Positions 8,761-18,394 of a stretch of 64,000 nucleotides of DNA are shown here, piece after piece; position 1 is the first letter of the stretch, and each line of letters begins with the position of its first letter. Position numbers and translations under genes: made by a program. Source of the DNA: an uncultured Nitrospiraceae bacterium (GTDB lineage Bacteria; Nitrospirota; Thermodesulfovibrionia; Thermodesulfovibrionales; UBA9159). Location of the stretch: NCBI GenBank assembly GCA_964475485.1, contig CAYYWY010000002.1, positions 18,903 through 82,902 of the forward strand, given 5' to 3'. Under the pieces are notes generated by a model. The model worked only from the letters and a program-made list of their open reading frames with translations, was not told the origin of the DNA and ran no database searches.

Positions 8761-9669
8761 ATGGCGGGAAAGAGCTGTCCGGGGCAAAGCAACAGCGCGC
8801 TGGTTGCATTTGTGAGGAACCTGTCGGAAAAGACGGTGCTCTATCTCCGAATGATAAAGTTCTCCCATTCCGTATTTGCCCTTCCTTTCGCCCTTACCTC
8901 TGCCCTGATCGCCGCAGGGGGTATACCCGACGGGATAACCTTTTTCTGGGTAGTCGCGGCGATGGTTTCTGCCAGGACTGCCGCAATGGGCCTTAACAGG
9001 ATAATCGACAGGGACATAGACAGTCGAAATCCGAGGACGTCGGGACGGGAGATACCTGCCGGAAAGATAAAGGTCCGGGAGGCGGCGCTGTTCGTCATCA
9101 TTGCGACAGCGGTCTTTGTGCTGTCAGCTTACATGCTGAATCCTCTATGTCTTAAGCTCTCATGGGTGGCGCTCTTTTTTATCGCGCTTTATTCCTATAC
9201 CAAGAGGTTCACCTGGGCGTCTCACTTTGTCCTCGGCATCACCATCTCAGCTGCGCCCGTGGGTGCCTGGATCGCGGTAACAGGGACTTTTGATCCCCGT
9301 ATACTCTTCCTGGGGCTTTCGGTTGTCCTTTGGCTTGCTGGATTCGACATCCTTTATGCGCTTCAGGATATAGAGTTTGATACAAGGTCCGGCCTCTATT
9401 CCATACCGAAGAGATTCGGCATAAGAAATTCCCTCCGGATTTCGCGTGCCTGTCACATCCTCACATGGCTGCTCCTCCTTCTTACTGGCACCTCCTTTCA
9501 GATGGCTCCGCCTTTCTATGTTGGAGTCGCCGTTGCTGCGCTCCTGCTCCTGTACGAGCATTCCCTTGTAAAAGCCCGTAACCTGAGCAAGCTTAACAAG
9601 GCATTCTTCGACATGAACGGATACATCAGCATAACGATATTCGTCTTCACGCTTATTTCATATCTGTGA
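8761..9669 (+). CDS. UbiA-family aromatic polyprenyltransferase (4-hydroxybenzoate / MqnP-like)
   Basis: 8-9 TM helices. NRIIDRDIDSRNPRTSGREIPAG and a second Asp-rich region (DILYALQDIEFD). Start at ATG 8761, just after the upstream stop. Confidence 0.8.
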   Translation: MAGKSCPGQSNSALVAFVRNLSEKTVLYLRMIKFSHSVFALPFALTSALIAAGGIPDGITFFWVVAAMVSARTAAMGLNRIIDRDIDSRNPRTSGREIPAGKIKVREAALFVIIATAVFVLSAYMLNPLCLKLSWVALFFIALYSYTKRFTWASHFVLGITISAAPVGAWIAVTGTFDPRILFLGLSVVLWLAGFDILYALQDIEFDTRSGLYSIPKRFGIRNSLRISRACHILTWLLLLLTGTSFQMAPPFYVGVAVAALLLLYEHSLVKARNLSKLNKAFFDMNGYISITIFVFTLISYL

Positions 9670-9760
9670 CGTCCCTGTTTGGAATGCGGCACATGAGCAA
9701 AATCCTCTTCTCCGGAGGCCGGCAACGGTCAAGGTTCTGATCATAGACGACGAGGAGCCC

Positions 9761-10831
9761 ATGAGGCATCTATTGAGCGACGTCCTGAGCGCCTACGGGT
9801 TTTGCGCGCTCATGGCTTCGGCCGGAAATGAGGGGGTTGAGGTATTTGCCAGGGAAAGGCCCGATGCGGTCCTCCTTGACCTCAGGATGCCGGGCATGAG
9901 CGGCATCGAAACGCTGAGGCAGTTGCGGAATATTGACGCCGACATCCCCGTCATTGTCGTTTCAGCGTATGGTGACATACCCACTGCAGTCGAGACGATG
10001 AAGGAGGGCGCGTATGATTTTATTGTTAAACCGCCCGACTATAAGATGCTCATCCACGCAATCAACAGGGCGATCGAAAAAGTGAAACTGAGGAGGGAAG
10101 TCGAGGAATGCAAGGGGACCGAGGAGGCATTGAGGAGATATGCCGAACAGCTGAAGGCGCTTTCCTACAGGCTGGTGGAGGTGCAGGAAGAGGAGCGGCG
10201 TTATATGGCGAAAGAACTCCATGACGAGATCGGTCAGGGGCTGACAGGGCTGAAGTTATGCCTGGAGACGGTAGCGAGTTTGCCCTGTGCGGAGGCCAAA
10301 GAACGGTTGGGAGAGATAGAAGAACTCGTTGGCGGCCTGCTCGAAAGGGTGAGGAACATTTCTCTAGATCTTCGTCCCTCGATGCTCGACGACCTCGGCC
10401 TGTTGCCGGCGCTTCTTTGGCATTTCAAGAGATATACCGACCAGACGAATATAAGGATAACGCTCAGGCACTCATCTCTTGACAGACGTTTCGGGTACGG
10501 AATCGAAACCGCAGCCTATCGCATTGTGCAGGAGGCATTGACCAATGTGGCCCGCCATGCATCTGTGGGCGAGGCGGAGGTGGAAGTGAGGGTCGAAAAT
10601 GAGACCCTCGTCATACGCGTTAGGGACGCTGGAGCCGGCTTTGACCCCGGGGTTGTCTTTGTCCGGAAGGAGAGCACGGGCCTTTCGGGAATGAAGGAGA
10701 GGCTGGATTTGCTGGGCGGCATACTGAAGATAGAATCCTCTCCAGGCGCGGGAACAAGCCTGACAGCAGAGATTCCTCTTCCGGAGACCGGGGGGAAAGG
10801 GCGTCATGATAAGAATAGTCCTCGCCGATGA
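9761..10831 (+). CDS. hybrid receiver + HisKA_3/HATPase_c histidine kinase (NarX/DegS-type transmitter); true start probably upstream at 9725
   Basis: Receiver (DLRMPGMSG, KP), coiled coil, ELHDEIGQ H-box, N/G boxes. The in-frame upstream codons encode ATVKVLIIDDEEP, the beta-1 strand and acidic pocket of the receiver, but contain no ATG/GTG/TTG. Confidence 0.8.
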   Translation: MRHLLSDVLSAYGFCALMASAGNEGVEVFARERPDAVLLDLRMPGMSGIETLRQLRNIDADIPVIVVSAYGDIPTAVETMKEGAYDFIVKPPDYKMLIHAINRAIEKVKLRREVEECKGTEEALRRYAEQLKALSYRLVEVQEEERRYMAKELHDEIGQGLTGLKLCLETVASLPCAEAKERLGEIEELVGGLLERVRNISLDLRPSMLDDLGLLPALLWHFKRYTDQTNIRITLRHSSLDRRFGYGIETAAYRIVQEALTNVARHASVGEAEVEVRVENETLVIRVRDAGAGFDPGVVFVRKESTGLSGMKERLDLLGGILKIESSPGAGTSLTAEIPLPETGGKGRHDKNSPRR

Positions 10832-11450
10832 CCACGAGATCGTGCGGCAGGGCATCAAGGCCGTTCTTGGAAAGGAACCGGGCTTCTGTGTGGTGGGCGA
10901 GGCAAAGGACGGAGTGGAAGCCGTCAACCTGGTTCAGAACCTCAAGCCCGATGTCCTTATCCTCGATCTGATGATGCCCATGATAAACGGGATGGAGGTC
11001 ACACGGCAGGTAAAGAAGAAATCACCACGCAGCCGCGTCATAATCCTTTCCATGTATAGCAATGAGGCATACGTCCTCGAATGCCTGAAGAACGGCGCAG
11101 AAGGGTATGTCCTGAAAGGCTCTGCCAGCAATGACCTGATCGAGGCAGTTCGTCAGGTCACGAGTGGACGGCGGTTTCTCAGCCCGCCTCTTTCCGAGGA
11201 AGCGCTCGACATCTATACCGAAATGAGCAAGGGCAGCGCCGTTGACCCCTACGATACGCTCACGTCCCGCGAAAGGGAGACTCTGCACATGGCGGCAGAG
11301 GGTCTAAGCAGTGTTGAAATAGCTGAAAGGCTTTCGATCAGTCCGCGCACGGTCGAAGTGCACCGCGCAAACATGATGCGCAAGCTCGGCATAAACAGCC
11401 AGACCGAGCTCGTCCGGTATGCCATCCAGAGGGGAATCCTGCCCCTCTAA
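10806..11450 (+). CDS. NarL/FixJ-family response regulator (REC + LuxR HTH)
   Basis: IRIVLADDHEIVRQG, DLMMP, and a C-terminal LTSRERETL...SPRTVEVHRANMMRKLG helix-turn-helix. Confidence 0.9.
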   Translation: MIRIVLADDHEIVRQGIKAVLGKEPGFCVVGEAKDGVEAVNLVQNLKPDVLILDLMMPMINGMEVTRQVKKKSPRSRVIILSMYSNEAYVLECLKNGAEGYVLKGSASNDLIEAVRQVTSGRRFLSPPLSEEALDIYTEMSKGSAVDPYDTLTSRERETLHMAAEGLSSVEIAERLSISPRTVEVHRANMMRKLGINSQTELVRYAIQRGILPL

Positions 11451-11592
11451 AAGTCTAAAAGTAACAGAAAAAACGGCATTTCTTCCAGACTACGTAGTTT
11501 TACGTATATGCATAATGAGCAAAGCAGCTTATCATATATTTGAAATTATTAATGCTCATCGCGTGTGCGCATCCGGCAAGGAGAGATGAGTA

Positions 11593-12429
11593 TTGATCAG
11601 CGATTCTCTGAAAGGACATAGCGACGGCCTGCGGGAGCTTCTGGAGTATGTGAAGAGCCAGAGGGCGGTCGATTTCGCGGCTTACAGACCAAATACAATC
11701 CGGCGGAGGCTTGATCTGAGGCTTTCCGCAACTGGAATGCATGATTATGCTTCCTACGTCAGATATATTGAGGAAAACCCCGGTGAACTTGACTCCCTGA
11801 TAGACTCCCTCACCATAAAGGTGAGCCATTTCTTCAGGAACCCCCTTGTCTTTGAAGTCCTTAAGGAAATCGTTCTTCCCGGACTTATTGAGAATTTCAA
11901 AGATGATATTTTGAGAATTTGGTGCGCAGGGTGCGCAAGGGGCGAGGAGCCCTATTCCGTTGCCATCCTCCTGAAGGAGGTCATGAGCAGTGAACACACC
12001 GCCTCGAAGGTCTTCATCATAGGAACGGATATTGACCTGGGAGCGCTCGAATATGCCAGGAGGGGGGTCTACGAGGCGGAGTCCCTTCAGGAGGTGAAGA
12101 AGGCATACATCGACAGATATTTCGCCCCCGAGGGCGGCCTTTTCAGGGTTAGCGACGAGATACGCGGGATGGTGACCTTTGCCTACCATGATATTGCCAC
12201 GGCCGTCCTTCCGAAGGAGGGGATATTTTCGGACTATCATCTTATCTTCTGCAGAAATGTCCTCATCTACTTCAGCAGGGGGCTTTACGAAAGGGTCCTG
12301 GCGGGCATCACCGATTCGCTCCTGGCAAGGGGATACCTGGTTCTGGGAGAGGCCGAATCTCTCCCACCGCATCTCTCAAATATCTACGATTATGGGTTCC
12401 CCATAGTGAAGGTGTTCAGGAAACGATGA
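11593..12429 (+). CDS. cheR: CheR-type protein-glutamate O-methyltransferase
   Basis: TTG start with SD aaggagag. FFRNP..F, IWCAGCARGEEPYSVAILL and FCRNVLIYF motifs of the CheR SAM-binding domain. Confidence 0.85.
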   Translation: MISDSLKGHSDGLRELLEYVKSQRAVDFAAYRPNTIRRRLDLRLSATGMHDYASYVRYIEENPGELDSLIDSLTIKVSHFFRNPLVFEVLKEIVLPGLIENFKDDILRIWCAGCARGEEPYSVAILLKEVMSSEHTASKVFIIGTDIDLGALEYARRGVYEAESLQEVKKAYIDRYFAPEGGLFRVSDEIRGMVTFAYHDIATAVLPKEGIFSDYHLIFCRNVLIYFSRGLYERVLAGITDSLLARGYLVLGEAESLPPHLSNIYDYGFPIVKVFRKR

Positions 12430-12445
12430 TTAACGGGGAAAGCAC

Positions 12446-14767
12446 ATGAAAGGGTGGATACTGAAGGAACGATGGAGGATCATCCCCATAGGGGTCCTCA
12501 TCACTGCAGTCCCCCTCCTGGGGCTCTCGGCATTCGTGAATCTCCAGTTGACCGCCGCGCTCAAGGACAGGCTGATAAAGGAAACACGATGGTTTTCGAC
12601 CGTAGCGGCTCATCATGTTCAGGAAAGATTAAGGAGTGATATAAACTACGGCAGGGCTTACGCAACAAGGCCTTATTTACTGGAAGGGTTAAGGAAAGGC
12701 GATAAAAAAGAATTGGACAGGCACCTTAAAGATATTGTTGATAATTCCTATACGTTAGAGAGGGCATTTATCACAAACCCTGCGGGAATACAACTCGCCA
12801 ATTATCCCGAAACACCGGAAACCCTCGGAAAGGACTTTTCAGACAGGGACTGGTACAAAGGGGTCACAAAGAACCGGGCGCCTTATGTCTCTGAGTTCTA
12901 TATGAGAATGGCAAAACCCCAGAGGTATCTTTTCGCGATAGCAATCCCCATGAGATTGGAAAGGAACGTAATAGGTATCCTTGTAATGCAGCCGAAAGAG
13001 GATTACATAAAAGAAGCCCTGGGCGGCATAGATATCGGCAAAGGACATATCTACGTAGTGGACAGGAAGGGACATCTTATCTATCACCAGGATTTTATAG
13101 TTGATAGAATTGTGGATTTTTCGCAGGTTCCGATAGTCCAGAAGGTGCTGAAAGGACGGGACGGTGTTGAAGAGATAATCGATCCGACAGACAAGGGGCC
13201 TGTTTTCTCGGCTTATCACCCTGTCAGGGAATGGGGGTGGGGAGTCGTTGTGGACAAGCCGGCGGAGCTCGTCCTTGCCCCTGTAAGAAGAGTCACGTTG
13301 TCGCTTGCCGGAATTACGGTGCTCATGCTGCTCCTCGGAGGTTTTTTTGCGTATAGATGGGCGGAATTGCTCGCAGCGTCAAAAAAGGCGGAGGAGGCAT
13401 TGCAGAAGAAATCCGAGGAGCTTGATCGCTATTTCACGAGCAGCCTAGATCTTCTTTGTATCGCAGACACCGACGGGTATTTCCGCCGTCTCAACCCGGA
13501 ATGGGAAAAGGCACTCGGCTATCCGGTCTGTGAACTGGAAGGCCGGCGTTTCCTTGAGTTTGTTCACCCCGACGATGTCAAATCCACCCTCGAAGCGGTG
13601 GCAAGCCTGTCATCTCATCAAAAGGAAGTTGCAAACTTCATCAACCGCTACAGGTGCAAAGACGGCTCTTACCGCTGGCTCGAATGGCGGTCGCATCCGG
13701 AAGGAAAGCTCATTTATGCAACTGCCCGTGACATCACCGAGCGCAGAAAACTCGAAGACGAGATTCTTATGCGGTCTGCTCAACTGGAGAAGGCCAACAG
13801 CGAACTTCATTCGATGAATGCGGAGCTTCAGGCAATGAACGAGGAGCTGCAGACCCAGCAGAAGGAACTTCAGGAGGCAAATGCAAGACTTGCCGAGGTT
13901 TCTATGGCAAAGTCGGACTTTCTTGCCAATATGAGCCATGAACTCAGGACGCCTTTGAACTCAATCATCGGTTTTTCGGAGGTTCTCAAGGACGAACTCT
14001 ACGGGAAGCTGAATGAGAAACAGCGGGAATATGTGGACGATATTATGGGAAGCGGCAGGCATCTGCTTGATCTCATCAACGATATCCTGGACCTCGCCAA
14101 GGTGGAGTCGGGCAAAATGGAGCTGGAGGCGAGTGTTTTTTCTCTGAACAGGGTCCTTCATACCTCAATGACGATGATGAAAGAGAAGGCAACGAAGCAC
14201 TGCATCGCCATGAACCTCGAGATCGAGGAAGGCGCTGATACCGAAATAGAGGCGGATGAGAGGAAGTTCAAGCAGATCATGTTCAATCTCCTCAGTAACG
14301 CGGTGAAGTTCACTCCTGACGGGGGGAGCGTGAGCGTGAAGGCGCGGAGGTTGTCATTGCGAGGCGCCATGCCTGCCGGCAGGCAGGAGGCCGAAGCAAT
14401 TTCAAGAGGCGAGATTCCTCGCTTCGCTCGGAATGAGGATCTTGTCGGCGATTTCGTTGAAGTTTCTGTCTCAGACACCGGCATCGGGATTAAAGCAGAG
14501 GACATCCCGAAGCTCTTCAAGGAGTTCACCCAGCTCGAATCGCCCTATACAAAGGATTACGAAGGGGCCGGTCTCGGCCTTGCACTCACGAAGAAGCTCG
14601 TCGAGCTCCACGGCGGCACGATATGGGTCGAGAGCGAGCCGGACAAAGGCAGCAGGTTCGCTTTCACAATCCCGGTGAAGCAGCCGTTAAAGCCTGAAAG
14701 CCTCCACGTTGTGGAAAAGACGCGAAGATGTGGATGCGGCGGTCGCAGCAGCAAAAGAAGCGTATAA
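12446..14767 (+). CDS. sensor histidine kinase: TM, double-Cache periplasmic domain, TM, PAS, coiled coil, HisKA, HATPase_c
   Basis: Cache-type DRDWYK region, PAS (FVHPDD...RYRCKDGSYRWLEW), H-box MSHELRTPLNS, N box NAVKFTP, G boxes DTGIGI / GAGLGLAL. Confidence 0.9.
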   Translation: MKGWILKERWRIIPIGVLITAVPLLGLSAFVNLQLTAALKDRLIKETRWFSTVAAHHVQERLRSDINYGRAYATRPYLLEGLRKGDKKELDRHLKDIVDNSYTLERAFITNPAGIQLANYPETPETLGKDFSDRDWYKGVTKNRAPYVSEFYMRMAKPQRYLFAIAIPMRLERNVIGILVMQPKEDYIKEALGGIDIGKGHIYVVDRKGHLIYHQDFIVDRIVDFSQVPIVQKVLKGRDGVEEIIDPTDKGPVFSAYHPVREWGWGVVVDKPAELVLAPVRRVTLSLAGITVLMLLLGGFFAYRWAELLAASKKAEEALQKKSEELDRYFTSSLDLLCIADTDGYFRRLNPEWEKALGYPVCELEGRRFLEFVHPDDVKSTLEAVASLSSHQKEVANFINRYRCKDGSYRWLEWRSHPEGKLIYATARDITERRKLEDEILMRSAQLEKANSELHSMNAELQAMNEELQTQQKELQEANARLAEVSMAKSDFLANMSHELRTPLNSIIGFSEVLKDELYGKLNEKQREYVDDIMGSGRHLLDLINDILDLAKVESGKMELEASVFSLNRVLHTSMTMMKEKATKHCIAMNLEIEEGADTEIEADERKFKQIMFNLLSNAVKFTPDGGSVSVKARRLSLRGAMPAGRQEAEAISRGEIPRFARNEDLVGDFVEVSVSDTGIGIKAEDIPKLFKEFTQLESPYTKDYEGAGLGLALTKKLVELHGGTIWVESEPDKGSRFAFTIPVKQPLKPESLHVVEKTRRCGCGGRSSKRSV
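14353..14437. repeat. dispersed palindromic repeat family B, copy inside the HATPase_c domain of the kinase (in-frame)
   Basis: gtcattgcgag...gcctgccggcaggcagg...cgaagcaat...cgcttcgctcggaatgag. Reverse-complement relative of the element at 24838-24930. Encodes SLRGAMPAGRQEAEAISRGEIPRFARNED. Confidence 0.7.
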
Positions 14768-15147
14768 AGCCTGGAGAAGGAAAAAGGCGGGCGCTTGTTA
14801 TCGACGATGATCCGTTGGCCCTCATGACGGTGGAAGGTGCCCTGCTGTCAAAGGGGTTCAGCGTCAGGAAGGCTGTCAGCGGAAAGGAAGGCATTGAGGC
14901 TGCAAAGGAAGAACAGCCTGATCTTATCGTGCTCGACCTTGTGATGCCGGACCTGAACGGTTTTGAGGTAGTGGACGTTCTCAGGGCGCAAGAGGGAACG
15001 GCATGCGTGCCCGTCGTCATTCTCACAGGGATGAGCCTTTCCGCGGCAGAGAAGGAGAGGCTCGGAGGCATGGCGGCGCACATAGTGAAAAAGGGTGATC
15101 TCACAAGGGAAGGGTTTATCGATGTTGTTGAAAACATGCTGTCATAA
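14728..15147 (+). CDS. single-domain response regulator
   Basis: ALVIDDD, DLVMPDLNG, T and K positions conserved. Overlaps the upstream kinase by 40 nt. Confidence 0.85.
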   Translation: MWMRRSQQQKKRIKPGEGKRRALVIDDDPLALMTVEGALLSKGFSVRKAVSGKEGIEAAKEEQPDLIVLDLVMPDLNGFEVVDVLRAQEGTACVPVVILTGMSLSAAEKERLGGMAAHIVKKGDLTREGFIDVVENMLS

Positions 15148-15200
15148 GCAGCAATCGGCACTAAGGCGTATCGAAGCAGGAGGGGACCGGAGAAGCAAGG

Positions 15201-15569
15201 ATGGCGAAGAAGATACTTGTGATTGAGGACAACAGGAAGAACCGAACGCTGATAAGGGATGTGCTGAGCTATTACGGCTTCGAGATCATCGAGGCGTCAA
15301 ACGGAGAAGAGGGTGTAAAGAAGGGCAAGGAGCATCGCCCGGACCTTATCCTTCTCGATATCCAGATGCCTGTAATGGACGGATTCACCGCCCTTCAGGT
15401 GTTCAGGGGTATACCTGAAACGAGAGATGTGAAGGTAATAGCCCTTACCTCTTTTGCGATGGCAGGGGACAGGGAGAAGATACTTAATGCGGGCTTTGAC
15501 GACTATATCGCAAAGCCGGTCGATACCCGGCGGCTGCCGCTGATCATTAAGAAGCATTTGAGAGGATGA
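15201..15569 (+). CDS. single-domain response regulator (CheY/DivK-like)
   Basis: [32 protein letters not shown]. Confidence 0.9.
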   Translation: MAKKILVIEDNRKNRTLIRDVLSYYGFEIIEASNGEEGVKKGKEHRPDLILLDIQMPVMDGFTALQVFRGIPETRDVKVIALTSFAMAGDREKILNAGFDDYIAKPVDTRRLPLIIKKHLRG

Positions 15570-15576
15570 GAATCAT

Positions 15577-16845
15577 ATGAAGAAAGTGCTTGTTGTGGAT
15601 GATGAGGATTCGGTGAGGAACACCCTCGGCGAAGTCCTCGAAAGTTACGGCTTTCAAGCGCTTCTTTCCTCCGACGGCGAGGAGGCAGTCGCCGCATTTG
15701 CCAGAGAAAGACCGGACGCTGTGCTACTTGACCTTCTAATGCCAGGGATGGCCGGCATGGAGACATTGCAGGAGCTGAGGAAGATCGACAGCAGCGTCCC
15801 CGTGATCATGATCAGCGCCCACGGAGATATTCCCAAGGCGGTGGAGGCGATAAAGCGGGGAGCATATGATTTTGTCAGTAAGCCGCCGCATTACAGCCTT
15901 CTCATCCTGACCATCAAGAGGGCAGTCGAAAAATCCGACTTGATGAAGAAATATAATAATGTCCGGGGAAATCTGCAGGCGCTGAACGAAGAACTGAAGA
16001 AACGCATCGGGCAGCTCGAAGAAGCGAAGCTGCTTGCCGAGGCGGCAAGCATGACAAAATCCGAATTCCTTGCGAACATGAGCCACGAACTCACGACCCC
16101 TCTTAATTCCATAATCGGATTCTCGCAGCTTCTTCAGGACGAGCTTTACGGTCATCTGAACGAGAAGCAGAAGGAGTACGTTGCAGAGATTCTGACCAGC
16201 GGCAAGCACCTGCTTGGACTGATTACGGGCATGCTCGACCTCTCGAAGATCGAGTCGGGAGCGATGGAGCTGAGACTGAGCACGTTTCTCCTGAGGGATG
16301 TCCTGAGGTCGTCGCTGATCATGTTCAGCGAGGAATCCATCCGGCGCAACCTCGACCTCAAACTCGAAATAGCGCAGGACGCCGATATTGAGATAGAGGC
16401 TGATTCTGGGAAATTGACCCAGATTATGTTCAACCTCCTCGGTAACGCGGTGAAGTTCACTCCCGACGGGGGCAGCGTCAGCGTGAAGGTGCGCTTAGCT
16501 CACGGCTCTGGGCGCATGGCTCACAGCGGCAAAGATGCAGACCGCGAACTGTCGGCCATGAACTATGAACTCGACCGGGATTCCATCGAAATTTCGGTCG
16601 TTGACACCGGTATCGGCATTCGGGCTGAAGATATCCCGCTGCTCTTTCATGAGTTCAAACAGCTCGAATCGCCGTATACAAAGACGCGTGATGGAATCGG
16701 AATCGGACTTGTTTTGGCAAAGAGGCTGGTGGAGCTCCACGGGGGAAAGATTTGCGTGGCCAGTGAAAGCGGGAAGGGCTCGCAATTTACGTTTGCAATT
16801 CCGACGACTCAACATAAGAAGAAGGAGGAGGTGCGAAAGGGGTGA
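15577..16845 (+). CDS. hybrid receiver + HisKA/HATPase_c histidine kinase
   Basis: N-terminal REC paralogous to that of the 9761 gene. The transmitter is paralogous to the 12446 kinase ([26 protein letters not shown] nearly identical at the DNA level). Confidence 0.9.
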   Translation: MKKVLVVDDEDSVRNTLGEVLESYGFQALLSSDGEEAVAAFARERPDAVLLDLLMPGMAGMETLQELRKIDSSVPVIMISAHGDIPKAVEAIKRGAYDFVSKPPHYSLLILTIKRAVEKSDLMKKYNNVRGNLQALNEELKKRIGQLEEAKLLAEAASMTKSEFLANMSHELTTPLNSIIGFSQLLQDELYGHLNEKQKEYVAEILTSGKHLLGLITGMLDLSKIESGAMELRLSTFLLRDVLRSSLIMFSEESIRRNLDLKLEIAQDADIEIEADSGKLTQIMFNLLGNAVKFTPDGGSVSVKVRLAHGSGRMAHSGKDADRELSAMNYELDRDSIEISVVDTGIGIRAEDIPLLFHEFKQLESPYTKTRDGIGIGLVLAKRLVELHGGKICVASESGKGSQFTFAIPTTQHKKKEEVRKG

Positions 16846-16848
16846 AAT

Positions 16849-18372
16849 ATGAGCTCCTATAGGCCTGCAGTATTGTGTGTTGATGATGAGCCTGCAAACC
16901 TGAGGCTTCTGGAGGCATTCCTCGTGCCGAGGGGCTATGAAGTCATTAAGGCGGGCAACGGAGAAGAAGCTCTGGAGAGGATAGGCGACAGGCGGGTGGA
17001 CATCGTGCTCCTCGATGTGATGTTGCCCGAGATGAACGGCTTCGAGGCATGCAGGAGGATAAAGGAAGACAGGAGGTCTCGCAACATTCCCGTTATTCTC
17101 CTCACCGCACTCCGTTCCAGAGAGGACAGGATAAGGGGTATAGAGGCGGGGGCAGAGGACTTCATATCAAAGCCCTTTGATCAGGGAGAGGTACTCGCAC
17201 GGATCAGAATGCTCCTCAGAATCAAGGAACTCAACGACAGGCTGAACTTCGCGTATGACACGATGAACGACCTTATCTCGTACGGCGAAGACATAGCAAA
17301 GACCTTTGACCCCTTTCGCTTCGACCTGGGCACAGCCATTAATATCATCATAAGCCAGATAATCAGGAAGACGGATGAGGCCGTCCAGAAGCCCAAGACA
17401 ATCCTTGTCGGTATTTCGGATGAGAAGAGGAAACGCCGGTGGGTAAGGTATGAGTTCACTGAGGGCTTAATGAAAAGTGAGCTATTGGATATCGACGTTC
17501 ATAGATGTCTTCTCGTGGGAAACGGCGCTGCGTCGATGGACGTTATTGCAAATGAGGCGGACCTTGACAGGCCGGAGGTCCGCCCCCTTGTTGGGTTGCT
17601 TAGGCCTCTGGGAATACCGATCTCGAACCTCGTAAGCCATCACAGCAGCGAGTTTTGCATCATAGCATTGAATTACGGGTACGATGTCAGCTCTTATGAT
17701 GCGGCTGTGCTGAACAGCCTTGTCATGCAGAGCCTCTTCCTTAAGTCGCTTTCCGGTCAGATAAGGGAGACCGAGGATGCCTTTGCATATACGGTCCATG
17801 CCCTTGCGAGGGCCGCTGAAGTAAACGACGAGGACACGGGAAACCACATAAAGAGGGTAGGGGAGTATTGCGGCCTCATCGCCGGGAAACTGGGTATGCC
17901 GGAGAAATTCGTCAAGGTTATCAGGGTACAGGCCCAGATGCACGATGTGGGAAAGATACACATCCCGCCGGACATCCTCAAGAAGCCGGGCAAGCTTACG
18001 TCGGAGGAATTTGAGATGGTCAAGAAGCATCCAGAATTCGGGACGAAGATTCTCGGCGACCACATGCGGTTCACCATGGCGAGGAGCATCGCCCTTTCCC
18101 ACCATGAGCGATGGGACGGAAGCGGCTATCCCTTCGGCCTGAAAGGCGAAGACATCCCTTTTGAGGGCAGAATTCTGAACCTCGCTGATGTGTATGACGC
18201 CCTGAGAAACAGGAGGGTCTACAAGCCGGCCTTCGACCATGAGACGACATACAGGATCATCACCGAGGGCGATGGAAGAACAATGCCACATCATTTTGAT
18301 CCGGATGTCCTCAGGGTATTCAGGGATGCCGGGTCGGAGTTCGAGGAGATATACGAGACGCTTAGAGATTAG
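16849..18372 (+). CDS. response regulator with HD-GYP output domain (c-di-GMP phosphodiesterase, RpfG-like)
   Basis: REC (CVDDEP, DVMLPEMNG), about 170-aa middle region, HDVGK...HHERWDGSGYPFGL. Confidence 0.85.
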   Translation: MSSYRPAVLCVDDEPANLRLLEAFLVPRGYEVIKAGNGEEALERIGDRRVDIVLLDVMLPEMNGFEACRRIKEDRRSRNIPVILLTALRSREDRIRGIEAGAEDFISKPFDQGEVLARIRMLLRIKELNDRLNFAYDTMNDLISYGEDIAKTFDPFRFDLGTAINIIISQIIRKTDEAVQKPKTILVGISDEKRKRRWVRYEFTEGLMKSELLDIDVHRCLLVGNGAASMDVIANEADLDRPEVRPLVGLLRPLGIPISNLVSHHSSEFCIIALNYGYDVSSYDAAVLNSLVMQSLFLKSLSGQIRETEDAFAYTVHALARAAEVNDEDTGNHIKRVGEYCGLIAGKLGMPEKFVKVIRVQAQMHDVGKIHIPPDILKKPGKLTSEEFEMVKKHPEFGTKILGDHMRFTMARSIALSHHERWDGSGYPFGLKGEDIPFEGRILNLADVYDALRNRRVYKPAFDHETTYRIITEGDGRTMPHHFDPDVLRVFRDAGSEFEEIYETLRD

Positions 18373-18394
18373 ACCGCTTGAGCTTGTTCCCGTC

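Noticed and set aside
11451-11592. AT-rich spacer with short palindromes (tacgta..tacgta, atgagca..tgctcat) as a specific operator upstream of cheR.
   Set aside because: The repeats are short (6-7 bp) and expected by chance in AT-rich DNA. No known binding-site consensus was recognised.
11500-12372. Long antisense ORFs opposite well-supported genes: 11500..12372, 17482..18417, 22901..23473, 23669..24247, 35609..36421, 48043..48912, 55786..56685, 62961..63818 and others.
   Set aside because: Each lies fully within a gene that has strong family motifs on the other strand. Their products have no recognisable motifs and Arg/Pro/Gly-rich shadow-frame composition.
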